Under the pieces are notes generated by a model. It was not told where the DNA came from. It saw only the letters and a list, made by a program, of their open reading frames with translations, and ran no database searches. A program made the translations under genes and the position numbers. Shown in pieces: positions 39,301 to 50,788 of a stretch of DNA of 64,000 nucleotides (position 1 is the stretch's first letter; every line of letters begins with the position of its first letter). This stretch comes from Convolutriloba macropyga (taxonomy: Eukaryota), in assembly GCF_964194025.1 (NCBI RefSeq), contig NC_134468.1:930001-994000 (forward strand), read 5' to 3'.

Positions 39301-42300
39301 AGTAGTAGTGTTAAACGAACCAATTTTTCAAATAAAAATTACTTCCGATATTTGAACGAAACGTTTTCGAACTTTAAGTCCATCGTCAGGCTAAGGTTGT
39401 TTCACAAAATATCGAAGGATGAAATGAATATGTAATATGATTTTTCTGACACCACATTTCAAACATTTCTAGGAACTACTCTTAAAAATTCAATCGAAAA
39501 TTTTTTCCTGAATAAAATATTTAGCCTAATTGCAACTCATAGTTACATCTGTTATCAATATCTTTGAAAACTTTCCTATTCCGGATTTTTCAATTTTGGC
39601 CATGTTTTTGTATTTCTCAGGTTATTCCAAATTTGCCATAACCCTAAGTATCCCTCTTGAAGGTTTTTCAATTTTTGTTTTGTCATGCACAAAATGTTTT
39701 TGGTCCTATGTATCCTTATCGAAACCAAAATTGTGATTTAATTTAATATTTTAGCGCGAGTTCCCGCCCCCTATATTTGTCGCGTGTGTTTAGTGCCGGT
39801 TTCAGCTTGCTGATGTATATAGCTTCGATAGTCATTAGCTTCTCTACTGTGCGACAAGCATCCACAATTTTCCATTCAATGTCTTTCGTGGAGCCACTGC
39901 ATTCAACAATATGTTAACCAACCTGTGACTCATTCGTCTGATGTTCTGATATCCTAGTGGTGAAATGCCGGCTTGTTTACTAAAAATAGATGGATCCGCT
40001 TCCATTATTTTTTATCTCATATACCACGTGGGATTTCAGGTCTCTATCGAAAGATGCTTTGAAGGTGGGGAGGCGTGATCCTAATTTTTGCGTTATAAAA
40101 ACCACTGGCAATGCGCATAGTGTCTACAATTTGCTTGCAAAGTTTTGATTAAGGTTGCCTCTGTATCATAGTAACCAAATTCTCAAAAAATGGCTTTTGC
40201 GTGAAAAACCTGCGATAAGCTTAGGGGCTCCACGAGAGAAGGTTAATCACTCTGGTTAAAGGTTCATCCCCTGAGAAAGTACCTTTTCATCATAGAAACC
40301 AAATTCTCAGAAATGGATATTTGCGTGAAAAACCTGCAATATGCGTAAAAGCACCCCGACAAAACGGAACGCGAACAACGCGTGATTGATTTAGAGCACA
40401 ACACATTCACCAGCTATTCTGACTCTTGACTTTGCCTGCATTGAATCGTCGGCCTCGCGAAGCATTTTTTCGTAGTCGCGGCGTCGAAATTGTTAATGCT
40501 TTAAAGGGAGCTGTTTTTGAAGAAGGTTTTTCTCAGCCTATATTGTGTAATATTTTCATTTTATTGATAGGTGTAAAAAGTACGAAATGCTCTATGAAGA
40601 CGTAGTGCTGGGAGGACCACTGACCAGCCAATATTCGCCCAGTGTAAGGAAGAGGTTTTTTTCTTTTTATTTTTTTTCCGATGCGCCAAAACTAGACTAA
40701 GAGGTTTTTAACGGTTTTGATTGAGCATGATTTTTCTATTGTGACTTATTCTTGTGTTTCACAAAGACTATTTTTAAATTTTGGGGATTTAAATTTTGGG
40801 GCTTTCTAGATTTAGTTTGGTTTTTAGATTACATGCAGGAGTGGAGTCTTAAGTGGAGTCACTACATTCAACAATATGTTAACCCAACTGTGACGCATTC
40901 TTTTGATGTTCTGATATCTTAGTGGTAACATGCCGGTTTGTTTACTTTACAAAGATGGATTCACATTCATTACATTTTATCTCATATACCACTTGGGATT
41001 TCAGGTCTCTATCGGAAGATGATTTCAAGATGAGGAGGCATGATCTTAATTTTCGCATTATAGAAACGATTTGCAATGCGCATAGTTTCTGCAATCTGCT
41101 TGCAAAGTTTTGATTAAGGTTGCCTCTGTTGCCTCTGCGGTGCACAACTTCGGAAGTTAATAATTTTACTAAGGTCTGTTGGTTTTTGGTACCGTTTACA
41201 AATATCAATTTTTGTTCATTGGCGTGCATTGCCGAATCCAAAACCGCCTATTCGCGCTTATCATTTAAAGTGTCAATTGTGAATTTCACATTCGGATGCA
41301 AATCGTTGACCTCTTGTAGCAGTTCAGAGGGGTCATCTTTTGCGGTACAAGAAGGGTTATCTACATATCTTTCAAAAATTTTATGTTTTCTGCCAAAGTC
41401 ACCTACTGGCATATTTTTGCAGTTCAGACATAACCAATCGATAATTCCTACTTTTTCGTACCGATCTTTGTCTATATTTTGGAATTTGATAATTTGATAT
41501 AGTACCAGTTTTCGCATTTTTTACACTCGATAGCTATGTTGCTCCAAGCAATCTTTCGATGGCAATCTGGACAATTTTTTTTTTCGGATCTTTATTTCTC
41601 ACTCTCTATGTTTGATTTTCGTCACTCAATATTTCTTCCAGGGATTTCATCCAAATGTCAGCTAAGACAACTGCTAGGGATGCACCCATTGCCAGTCTGT
41701 CTTTCTGACAGTACCAGTTATTGTTGCTTTTGATATGAACATTGGTGACTGCCAATGTTCTTTTCAAAAATTAATCACTCTCGTTAACGATTCATCCCCT
41801 GACGAAATTGTAGTGTTAAACAAACCAATTTGTCAAATAAAAATTACTTCCGATATTTGAAAGAAAAGTTTTCGAACTTTACGTCCATCGTCCATTTAAG
41901 GTTGTTTCACAAAATATCGAAGGATGAAATGAATATGTAATATGATTTTTCTGACACCACATTTCAAACATTTCTAGGAACTACTCTAAATAATTCAATC
42001 GAAATTTTTTTCCTAAATAAAATTTTTAGCCTAATTACAACTCATAGTTACATCTGTTATCAATTTCTTTGAAAACTTTCCTATTCCGGATTTTTCAATT
42101 TTAGCCATGTTTTTGTATTTCTTATGTTATTCCAAATTTGCCCTAACCCTAAGTATCCCTCTTGAAGGTTTTTCAATTTTTGTTTTGTCATGCACAAAAT
42201 GTTTTTGGTCCTATGTATCCTTATCGAAACCAAAATTGTGATTTAATTTAATATTTTAGCGTGAGTTCCCGCCCCCTATATTTGTCGCGTGTGTTTAGTG

Positions 42301-42655
42301 CCGGTTTCAGCTTGCTGATGTATATAGCTTCGATAGTCATTAGCTTCTCTACTGTGCGACAGGCATCCACAATTTTCCATTCAATGTCTTTCGTGGAGCC
42401 ACTACATTCAACAAGTTGTTAACCCACTCTTTTGATGTTCTGATATCCCAGTGGTGAAATGCCGGCGTGTTTACCCAACATAGATTGATCCGCATCCATT
42501 ACTTTTTATCTCTTATACCACGTGGGATTTCAGTTCTATCGAAAGATGCTTTGAAGGTGGGGAGGCATGATCCTAATTTTCGCGTTATAAATACCACGGG
42601 CAATGCACATAGTTTCTTCAATTTGCTTGCAAAGTTTTGAGTAAGGTTGCCTCTG
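36390..42655 (-). mobile_element. Tandem cluster of decayed Penelope-like element fragments (RT + GIY-YIG), about 5 partial copies
   Basis: RT motifs WYCQKD.LAMG.SLAVVLANIWMK and FERYVDD...LHPNLKFT; GIY-YIG LKS.VVY.IKC..C and C-terminal KPALNTRD.YR.RELTLKY. Copies at about 36390-38190, 38190-39740, 39740-40165, 40850-42245 and 42245-42655. Confidence 0.85.
40630..40842 (+). pseudogene. Duplicated fragment of the SNAPC1-like upstream region plus the first codons
   Basis: Matches 47678-47830 joined to 52531-52580 (...GATTACATGCAGGAGT), then breaks into Penelope sequence. Confidence 0.8.
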
Positions 42656-42963
42656 TATCATAGTAACCAAATTCTCAGAAAATGGCTTTTGCCTGAAAAT
42701 CCTGCGATAAGCGTAGGGGCTCCCCGAGAAAAAGTTAATCACTCTGTTTAAAGGTTCATCCCCTGACAAAATACGTTTTCATCATAGAAACTAGCCTAAT
42801 TGTTGTGATAAACTTATTAAATATTGACCCCTTTCCCTTTATCAAATCGTGTATTTTCAGGAGTTTGATCTAGAGGACTGAACATTCCACGAAAATTAAG
42901 TTGATTAATTAAGTCCCACTGCCTCTAGATTAGTGGGTGAAGATATTCCCCAGAACAACATTT

Positions 42964-43616
42964 ATGGTGTTTATCATCGGCGCTAGCTGCCTAGCCAACG
43001 CTATCAAAGTTGCTCCCGAGGCACTCAGAAGTCAAGTACAGCCTACACTTTTCGCCAGAAAAGGACTGAGCCTGAACCCCAACGCCAAGAATAAACGGAC
43101 GAATCTCGAGCTCCTACTCACCCGTGGACCATTAAAGAACAAAAAGAACTTGATACTTTGGCACGGAGTGATCAGCAACTCCATCACCAGGCACATCTCG
43201 AACAATTACAGTGCCCTACCCGTCTCCAGCCTCGTTGAACTACTGCGACGTTTCAGTGATCGGATCTCGGCTATAGTGTACTGTCAACGACTAGGATCCA
43301 AAACATATTAGAGGAATTAAGAAAGCTTGACATCCTGGTGATCGACACAGGAAAGAAGTTACTATCAAAGAGACGCCAACGATCAGGGTGGTATCGGAAA
43401 CAGCTTTCATTGGTTCATCCGGACTCTGCGATAGAGTTAGGGCTTCTTACAAGAGTGCTCCAGAGAAGAAATAACCTGAAGAGCATCGTTCTTCGGAACA
43501 GGTCCTCCGGACGGAAGCGCCCATCTCAGAAGAGAAGCGAAAGAAAAACAAAAAGGAAACGACCTTCAAAGAACAAGAACAAGAAGAAGAGAAACAAGAG
43601 TACCGGCACCAAGTAG
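42964..43616 (+). CDS. LINE-A ORF0: SGNH-hydrolase-like protein with basic tail (1-nt frameshift near 43300)
   Basis: MVFIIGASC (block I-like), KGLSL (II), LILWHGVISNS (III), LVHP (V), then a K/R-rich C-terminus. Homologous to 52006-52476. Confidence 0.65.
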
Positions 43617-43779
43617 TCGCTAGCGCGTGTATACCACTGCTCTGGTAGCTTCCTGGAACTTCTGTTCCGGTGCGGCCTAGGTGGTGGTATACTCCAAGTA
43701 GTCACTAGCGCGTGTATACCTCTGCTCTGGTAGCTTCCTGGAACTTCTGTTCCGGTGCGGCCTAGGTGGTGGTATACTC
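43609..43779 (+). repeat. Two tandem 85-bp units, each a long stem-loop, between ORF0 and ORF1
   Basis: Units start at 43609 and 43694 and differ at two positions. GTATACCACTGC...GTGGTGGTATAC outer stem and CTGGAAC-TTCT-GTTCCGG inner stem. Confidence 0.9.
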
Positions 43780-43797
43780 GCCCCTGACAAGGTGAAA

Positions 43798-44782
43798 ATG
43801 CCACCCAAACGGACGAAACAATTAACTTCTACCAGTGGAGAGGAAAGAGATGGCTGGAATTGCGAGAAATGCAAGAAAGTGTTTATAGACCCCAATGACA
43901 AGATAATTGAATGCGACCGCTGTAGCAAACACTACTGTATCAAATGTATCAACATGCCAAGCGCAGCCTATGAATACATGACCAGACCAGAAACCAGAAG
44001 TTATCTGGTGTTGTGATGCATGTATCGACTTCGCCAGGACAACCATAAAAGAGGCAACACATCCAGGGAATGATGTCGAAGAACTACGTAGCGACCTAAA
44101 CACCACGATGAACTCGGTCAAAGCGCTGATGAATGACTTCTATTGCTTCATGAACGGACAGAAGAGCAGAGAGGTCCCCCAATCGAGCGGATCTACGGCC
44201 CAAATTTGGGTCCCTGTTCCTCAGCAACCGGTGAAACCTAGAAAAGAAATAATCCTAGAAGCATCTGCCGAACAGAAAAGAGAACAGGAGGAAGAAAGTA
44301 GACGAAGGAAGAACATTGTAATTCACAGAGCACCGGAAGAAAACCAACAGGGAGAAGAAGAGAGACTCAAAGAAGACGACGAACTAGTTGACTCATTACT
44401 GTGCGAGATTGAACTACCAGACTTACGAGCCAAAAAAGGCAAGAGACTTGGTAAGAAACCCACCCAAGATGACCCAAATGCAAAAGATAGACCACTGATG
44501 GTAACATTCGAGACAGAGGAAGAGGTTGCAAAAGTTCTACAGAATTTGACTAAACTGAAGGGGAAGGAAAAACGACTCGTCAACCTGAGAGTTTCTCCAG
44601 ACCGAAGTATGAAGGATCGAGAAATTGTCCGAGAACTAGTACAGAGGGCAAAAAACCTGACAGCAAACGAAACAGGAGACTACAAGCACCTCGTCCGAGG
44701 GAAAACCATAATAAGAGTCAGAGCCAGAAAAAAACATACAGACGGAACCTCGAACTCTGGTTCAGCAACGTGGACACACTAA
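43798..44782 (+). CDS. LINE-A ORF1 (PHD finger, coiled coil, RRM-like), frameshifted by a 7-bp duplication near 43990
   Basis: CEKC...ECDRCSKHYCIKC...WCCDAC; RRRKNIVIHRAPE, RLGK, RPLMVTF, VSPDRS. Confidence 0.85.
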
Positions 44783-47571
44783 GTGCCCAGAAGACATCAG
44801 ACCTTAGGATACAAATTGAGGGATCAACTGTCAAACCGGACATTATCCTGTTATCAGAGGCAAAACCAAAGAACTCAACTCTACCATGGGACCCATTATG
44901 GCACAAAATTGACAACTATTCACTGGAGGGTACCAATATGAACCCAAAGGAAAATGGACGAGGACTTCTGACCTACATCCGAGACGACCTAAAATATAAC
45001 TTGATAAGTGCGGAATCCATTACCGAGATCCAACAACTTGAGATCAAATTAGCCGGCAGCACTTTAACATTAGTAAACATGTATCGTAGCCCGAGATCCT
45101 GCGACGAAAACAACGCGAAAATCAACGAGTATCTGAAAAATATCGGAAGATCAAGGAAAAAATTCATAGTGGTAGGCGACTTCAATTATCCAGATATTGA
45201 TTGGGAAGTGGCACGTGCAACTGGTGAAGCAGAGAGCAACGAATGGAGATTCCTGGAAGCCGTGAAGGACTCTTTCATGGAACAACATGTGAAGACGCCA
45301 ACTCGAAGTGCCAGAAACAACCGACCATCTTTGCTAGATCTAATGCTGACGCATAGTTCCCTGGAACCAAAGAGAATAGACCATTGTGCACCCTTAGGAA
45401 AAGGCGATCATGTAATGACCAAAACATCGTTTGCTCTAACTGTAGGAACTGACATCAAGTATCGCCGAAACTACAGGAAAACCAATTTCAGAGCCATCAG
45501 AAAGTACCTGAAATCTAAATTAGACACCAACTCCACAGTCACCCAAAATGTAAACGAGAAATGGGAGCTCTTCCGGGACACGATCCAGACCGCAGTGGAG
45601 AACCACGTTCCATTGACAAAAATAACAAGAGGAGAAAAAAGTAGATTACCACTTGACTCCGCAACTAGAGAAGCCATCAAACAAAAGAAGAAGACATGGA
45701 AGCAGTTCATCAAGGAGAACTCGGACTGGTCATATCGAGAGTACGCACGAAGACGGAACATGGTCAGGAAGCTAACTAGAAAACGCCAACATGAAAAAGA
45801 ACAAACTGTGGCAGCGGTGTGCAAGAGCAACCCGAAAGCCTTTTGGTCTTTCGTCAACCAGAAAACGAAAACAAGGGAAACCATCCCCGACCTTGAGAGG
45901 GAGGATGGAAACACGACAAGCTGTGACTATGAGAAAGCAGAAACGTTATCCAAGTTCTTCGCATCTGTGTTTGTCCACGAAGAAGAACCAGACTGGGACA
46001 TTGCAGTCACAAACCGAGACCAAATCGACGACAACATCAATATATCAACAAGTGAAGTCTTAGAGCAACTAAAAAAATTAGACGACACGAAATCACCAGG
46101 ATATGACGGAATCCACGCTAGAGTTCTGCTGGAAGCAAGAGAAAAAATAGCTGAATATCTCACAGAAATTTTCAACGAATCTTGGAGAACATGTACAGTC
46201 CCGGACGACTGGAGAAGGGCCAACATCTCAGCGATCTACAAAAAAGGACCAAAGAAAGACGCAGCTAACTACAGACCGGTTAGCCTGACATCCGTATGCT
46301 GCAAAGTTATGGAGAAGTTTGTAAGAAAACACCTCATGAACCATATTCTGACAAACGACCTGATTAGTCAGAAACAGTATGGGTTCATGACTGGAAGGTC
46401 GACAACACTGCAGATCTTAAGAGCAATGGACGATTGGACAGAAGCGCTTGATAAGAATAACGAAGTGGATATTATCTACCTTGACTTCAAAAAAGCCTTC
46501 GACACAGTCCCTCACCAGAGACTCTTCAGAGTACTACATCAACTTGGAATTGGAGGTAAAACCCACGACTGGATCCGAAGCTTCCTCAATGGAACAGAGC
46601 AAAGAGTGATGGTAAACGAAATTCCTTCAAGATGGGAACCAGTACTGAGCGGAATACCGCAAGGATCGGTACTAGGACCAGTCTTGTTCATCATCTACAT
46701 CAACTCAATGACAGACGTGGTTCAGTTCCCACTCCTACTGTCCGCAGACGACGCTAAGCTCTACAGAGAGATCTCAACAGTAGAAGATCAACTAATCCTC
46801 CAGAAAGACCTAGAAGAACTCCGAACATGGTCGAAGACGAGCCTCCTTGAGTTCAACGCAGAGAAATGTGTAAAGATGACATTGACATCAAAGAAGAAGA
46901 CCACATCAGAGAGAACGTACAATCTTAACAAAGACCAAAATCTTAAGAGTGTGTACAAAGAGAAAGACCTTGGAATAATGACCGACAGCAAACTTAGTTT
47001 CGAAGAGCACATCTGTATGAAGTTGAAGAAAGCGAACTCTATTCTTGCCCTAATCCGCAGAAGTTTTATTAACATCAGCAAACAAGTATTTCTACAACTG
47101 TACAAAGCATTAATCAGACCCCACCTAGAGTACGCGAACCAAATCTGGTATCCAAATCTTAAAAAGCATAAGACCAGTATAGAAAATGTTCAAAGAAGAG
47201 CCACAAGGCTAGTTGTATCCCTGCGAGGTTTAAGTTATGAAGAGCGGCTCAGGGAACTCAAGCTACCAACCACAGAATACAGAAGACAAAGAGGCCGGAT
47301 GATAGAAATCTTCAAAATCATCAATGGAATGTACGGCGAATCTGTTACGGGAAATCTAATTCAGTTTATCGATCGAAACTCGAGGAAACATGGGCAGCAA
47401 CTTTCCATCAGAAGAGCACGACTGGAGCTGAGGAAAAAGTTTTTCTCAGTTGATGGACCGAAAGATTGGAACGAGTTACCAGAACACGTCATGTCAAGTG
47501 AAAGCTTGGATATCTTCAAGACACGACTTGACAGACACTGGCAACACAGGATGTTCCGCGAATTGTCCTAG
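44729..47571 (+). CDS. LINE-A ORF2: apurinic endonuclease + reverse transcriptase
   Basis: Open frame with LWFSNVDTL, LSEAK, GDFN, DH; NYRPVSLTS, QYGF, DFKKAFDTVPH, GIPQGSVLGP. Catalytic motif reads SADD instead of Y/FADD. No AUG at the 5' end, so the start is approximate. Confidence 0.93.
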
Positions 47572-47831
47572 GGTAAGGGACAACACGGAGGAGCTGGTCG
47601 ACAGAGGCAACAAACCTACAGACCAGAATACTCGAACTCAGAAATGGGCTTTTGCTCAGAAAACCTGCGATATGCGTAATATTCACCCTGTGTAAGGAAT
47701 GTTTTTTTTGTTTTTTTCCCGATGCGTCAAAACTAGGCTAAGAGGTTTTTAACGGTTTTGATTGAGCGTGATTTTTCTATTGTGACTTATTTTTGTGTTT
47801 CACAAAGGCTATTTTTAATTTTTGGGGGTTC

Positions 47832-47863
<32 letters not shown>

Positions 47864-47902
47864 GAGAGTCTTTAGGGTCGGAGCCCTCGGGTGTGGAACC
47901 CT

Positions 47903-50788
47903 TCAGTTTTCGTTTGGCACGAGTTTTTTCATTGGATTGCAGATTCCACAGTTGCATAGAAGTCTCCAGGTGCAGCTGTCGTGTTCGTTGTAGCTTCTGT
48001 GGAAATAGTTTTGGTACATCTCTGTCAGAAGTTTCTTCGTCATTGGCTTCTCCGTTGTCCTACTGATGATGTTGAATAGCTTTGTGGCTCTGAAGAAAAA
48101 ATTTTCGTCTGATTTATGTAGTCGGTGTTTGGGGAGTTCAAATTCCTGCTTTTGTCTTGTTTCGTTTTCTTTTCGCTTTGGCAGTTTGTCTTCGGGGACG
48201 TAGTAATTGCCTTCTAGGATTGAGAGGAGATAGAGGACATCGTGCATTTCCATGTACATGGAGAGTGGGAGTATTTTCAGCGTTTTGAGTCTTTGATGGT
48301 ATTCGTCGTTTCCACCGCATATCCACTTTGTTGCCTTTTGCTGGATCTTCTCGATTGATTTCATGTCAGTCTTCGAAGGGTACCAGACTTGGGAGGCGTA
48401 AGTGAGTACGGGCACTACGTATCCTATGTAAGCGTTCAGTTTCGTTTCCATTGAGGTTCTGCTCGAAACATTTCGTTTGAGTGTGTAGAAGGCTTTCCAC
48501 GCTTTGGTTGTTCTAAGTTGGCAGTTTGCGCTCCAAGAGAGATTTCGAGACATTACGACTCCGAGATCTTTTTGGGTGGCAACGGTTTCAAGACCTGCTT
48601 CGTCACGCTGGGCTAGATCCCCTCTGATGAGGAGAGTTTTACTTTTGCTAACATTTAGGTCCATATGGTTTGCTTTGCTCCATTTCTGTATTTCCCCGAG
48701 AGTGGTCTCGCATTCGTGTTCACCGTGGGTAATTGCTTTGAAATCATCCGCGTATCCGAAGGCCGGGATGTCTGAGATTTCTTCGGGGAGATCGTCAATG
48801 TAGATGATGAACATCAGAGGCCCCAAAATTGATCCCTGAGGTACTCCGCTGGTTACATTTCTGGTCTTTGATTTGCTTGTTCCAATTTTGACGCGTTGCG
48901 TTCGGTTTGTGAGATAGCTTTCGAGTAGTTGGAGTAGCTTTCCTCCGAGGCCAATGTTCTCGAGCTTCTGGATGAGTCTTTTGTGCGCTACTTTGTCAAA
49001 GGCTTTTCTGAAGTCAACATACAGAGTTCGAATGTCATTGCATTTTTTCGATTCAAGTTGCTGGTATAGTTCGTCTGTGAAGAGGATGAGTTGAAGTACT
49101 GCTGATCGTTTCTTTCTGAAACCGTGTTGGGAGTCAGAGAGGGTTCTTTCTATTGGTGGGTAAAGCCGTTCGAAGATGACTTTCTCGAAGACTTTTGAGA
49201 CGTTCTTCAATAGACTTATTGGTCGATACTGTGTGATGTCTGCTTTGTCGTTTTCTTTGTAGATCGGGGTGATCTCACTTGTTTTCCAGCTCTCTGGGAA
49301 TTTTCCTTTATTAAGGCAGGTTTGGAAGATAAGTTTGAGAGATTTTGCCAAAGCTGGGGCGTTTTTTAAGATTATATTTCCGATGTTGTCTGGGCCGCAA
49401 GCTTTGTTTGCCTGGAGGCCCAACAGTTGTCTTTCGATTTCTTCTTCAGAAATTCTGAGGTAGTTGAGTCTCTGTTTTGGGTAGACTGAGGGTTCGTTGA
49501 TTTTACCATCTTTGGTGAAAACGTCGGAGAAGAAGTCGTTGAAGAGATTGCACTTTTCACTATCGGTTGTGGCTGTTTTCTTTGTTTCTTGTCCATTTTG
49601 CACAACATTGTAGTACATTTCATCAGGGAAGTGTTTTGATTTGCGTAGGGATTTCAGGTATTTCTGTAGATCAGACATTCGGCGGCTTTTGAAGAGTTTG
49701 TCTTCGTAGACTGCCTGATCTGTCAGGATTTGCTCATTGAGGAGTTTTTCGCGTCGTTTTATCTTTATCAGGAGGTTGAGGGTCGGTGCTCTCTCGTATT
49801 TTCTTTTCATCGTTCCGAGGATCTTGAGTTCGTGTGATGTGGCAGAGGAAATCCATGGGGGAAGGTTTGCTCGGTGCTGGGTGACACGGGGGATTAGTAT
49901 CTCAATTATCTTTTCGATCCATAGGTACCATTGGTCAACAAGTTCATCGACGTTGCTGAAGCAGTAGGGTGAAAAGGGATGGTCTCTGATGTGGCTGTTA
50001 AATTCTTTCCAGTCCACCTTGTGATATGCATGTTTCACTTTGGGGGCTGGTTTCGTAGCTGATATGTCGATGGAAATGGTTGTCCGGAATGCTTGATGGT
50101 CGGAGCATCTCTTTCCGTTGATTGAGTATTCCCGTGTTAGGTTTTTGTCGACTTCGGCAAGTTCAATGCTGTCAGGAGATTGGGTGAGGCATACATCCAG
50201 TGATTGATTTCGTTTGCAAGGCAGAATTTGCTGAAGTTGGTGGGTTTCAAAGTTGTTGAGAAGCGAAAGTTCGTAGTCATCATCTGAGAGCATGCTGTTC
50301 CAATCAGCTCCAGGGAGGTTGAGATCGCCGCTGACAATTAAGGTGTAACTATCCCGTTGTTTCATCTGTTTTTCGATTTCTTCCAGGGTTTCGTGGATTT
50401 GACTGGCTGGTGCCCTGTAAGGGCTAGATTTAGGAGGGTTGTACATGCAGCAAATTACAAGTGATTCAGTTGGAGTTTGTAACGCAATCGATACACTTTC
50501 CGAGTGCGTTGTGTTTTTCAGTCTGTAGTGAGGAATGTCTTTCACCGCAATGAGAACTCCTCCGTGTTTTGAGTTATGGTTTTCAGTAGGTCGGTCAGTT
50601 CTGTGGATTGTGTATCCAGTAAGGAAGAGTGCATTGTCAAGTACATCGCTTGTTAACCAGGTTTCCGTGAGACAGAGTACATCGTAGTTCCTCTTTGCTA
50701 TTTCATTGGCAAAGATTTGTCGCCTTTGGAAGTCAAGCAGACTTCGCACATTGAAACTGAGTATTTGGAGTTTGTTTTTATTTTGTAG
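47903..50788 (-). CDS. LINE-B ORF2: apurinic endonuclease + reverse transcriptase (intact)
   Basis: LQILSFNVRSL, LTETWL, GDLN, SDH; YRPISLL, QHGFR, DFRKAFDKV, GVPQGSILGP, YADD; C-terminal CTW...CNCGIC. The frame opens directly after the ORF1 stop. Confidence 0.95.
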   Translation of the reverse strand, partial: LQNKNKLQILSFNVRSLLDFQRRQIFANEIAKRNYDVLCLTETWLTSDVLDNALFLTGYTIHRTDRPTENHNSKHGGVLIAVKDIPHYRLKNTTHSESVSIALQTPTESLVICCMYNPPKSSPYRAPASQIHETLEEIEKQMKQRDSYTLIVSGDLNLPGADWNSMLSDDDYELSLLNNFETHQLQQILPCKRNQSLDVCLTQSPDSIELAEVDKNLTREYSINGKRCSDHQAFRTTISIDISATKPAPKVKHAYHKVDWKEFNSHIRDHPFSPYCFSNVDELVDQWYLWIEKIIEILIPRVTQHRANLPPWISSATSHELKILGTMKRKYERAPTLNLLIKIKRREKLLNEQILTDQAVYEDKLFKSRRMSDLQKYLKSLRKSKHFPDEMYYNVVQNGQETKKTATTDSEKCNLFNDFFSDVFTKDGKINEPSVYPKQRLNYLRISEEEIERQLLGLQANKACGPDNIGNIILKNAPALAKSLKLIFQTCLNKGKFPESWKTSEITPIYKENDKADITQYRPISLLKNVSKVFEKVIFERLYPPIERTLSDSQHGFRKKRSAVLQLILFTDELYQQLESKKCNDIRTLYVDFRKAFDKVAHKRLIQKLENIGLGGKLLQLLESYLTNRTQRVKIGTSKSKTRNVTSGVPQGSILGPLMFIIYIDDLPEEISDIPAFGYADDFKAITHGEHECETTLGEIQKWSKANHMDLNVSKSKTLLIRGDLAQRDEAGLETVATQKDLGVVMSRNLSWSANCQLRTTKAWKAFYTLKRNVSSRTSMETKLNAYIGYVVPVLTYASQVWYPSKTDMKSIEKIQQKATKWICGGNDEYHQRLKTLKILPLSMYMEMHDVLYLLSILEGNYYVPEDKLPKRKENETRQKQEFELPKHRLHKSDENFFFRATKLFNIISRTTEKPMTKKLLTEMYQNYFHRSYNEHDSCTWRLLCNCGICNPMKKLVPNEN

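Larger units (their letters stand above)
42792..47637 (+). mobile_element. CR1-type LINE (LINE-A), near full length, three ORFs
   Basis: Boundaries taken from the empty paralogous site CATCATAGAAAC-CAAATT-CTCAGAAATGG at ~40290-40316. Contains ORF0, a PHD-bearing ORF1 and an APE-RT ORF2. Confidence 0.92.

Noticed and set aside
40587-40650. Possible upstream coding exon of SNAPC1 (MLYEDVVLGG..., GTAAGG donor)
   Set aside because: The phase-0 donor is out of frame with the available acceptors before the SNAPC1 exon. It cannot be supported without transcripts.
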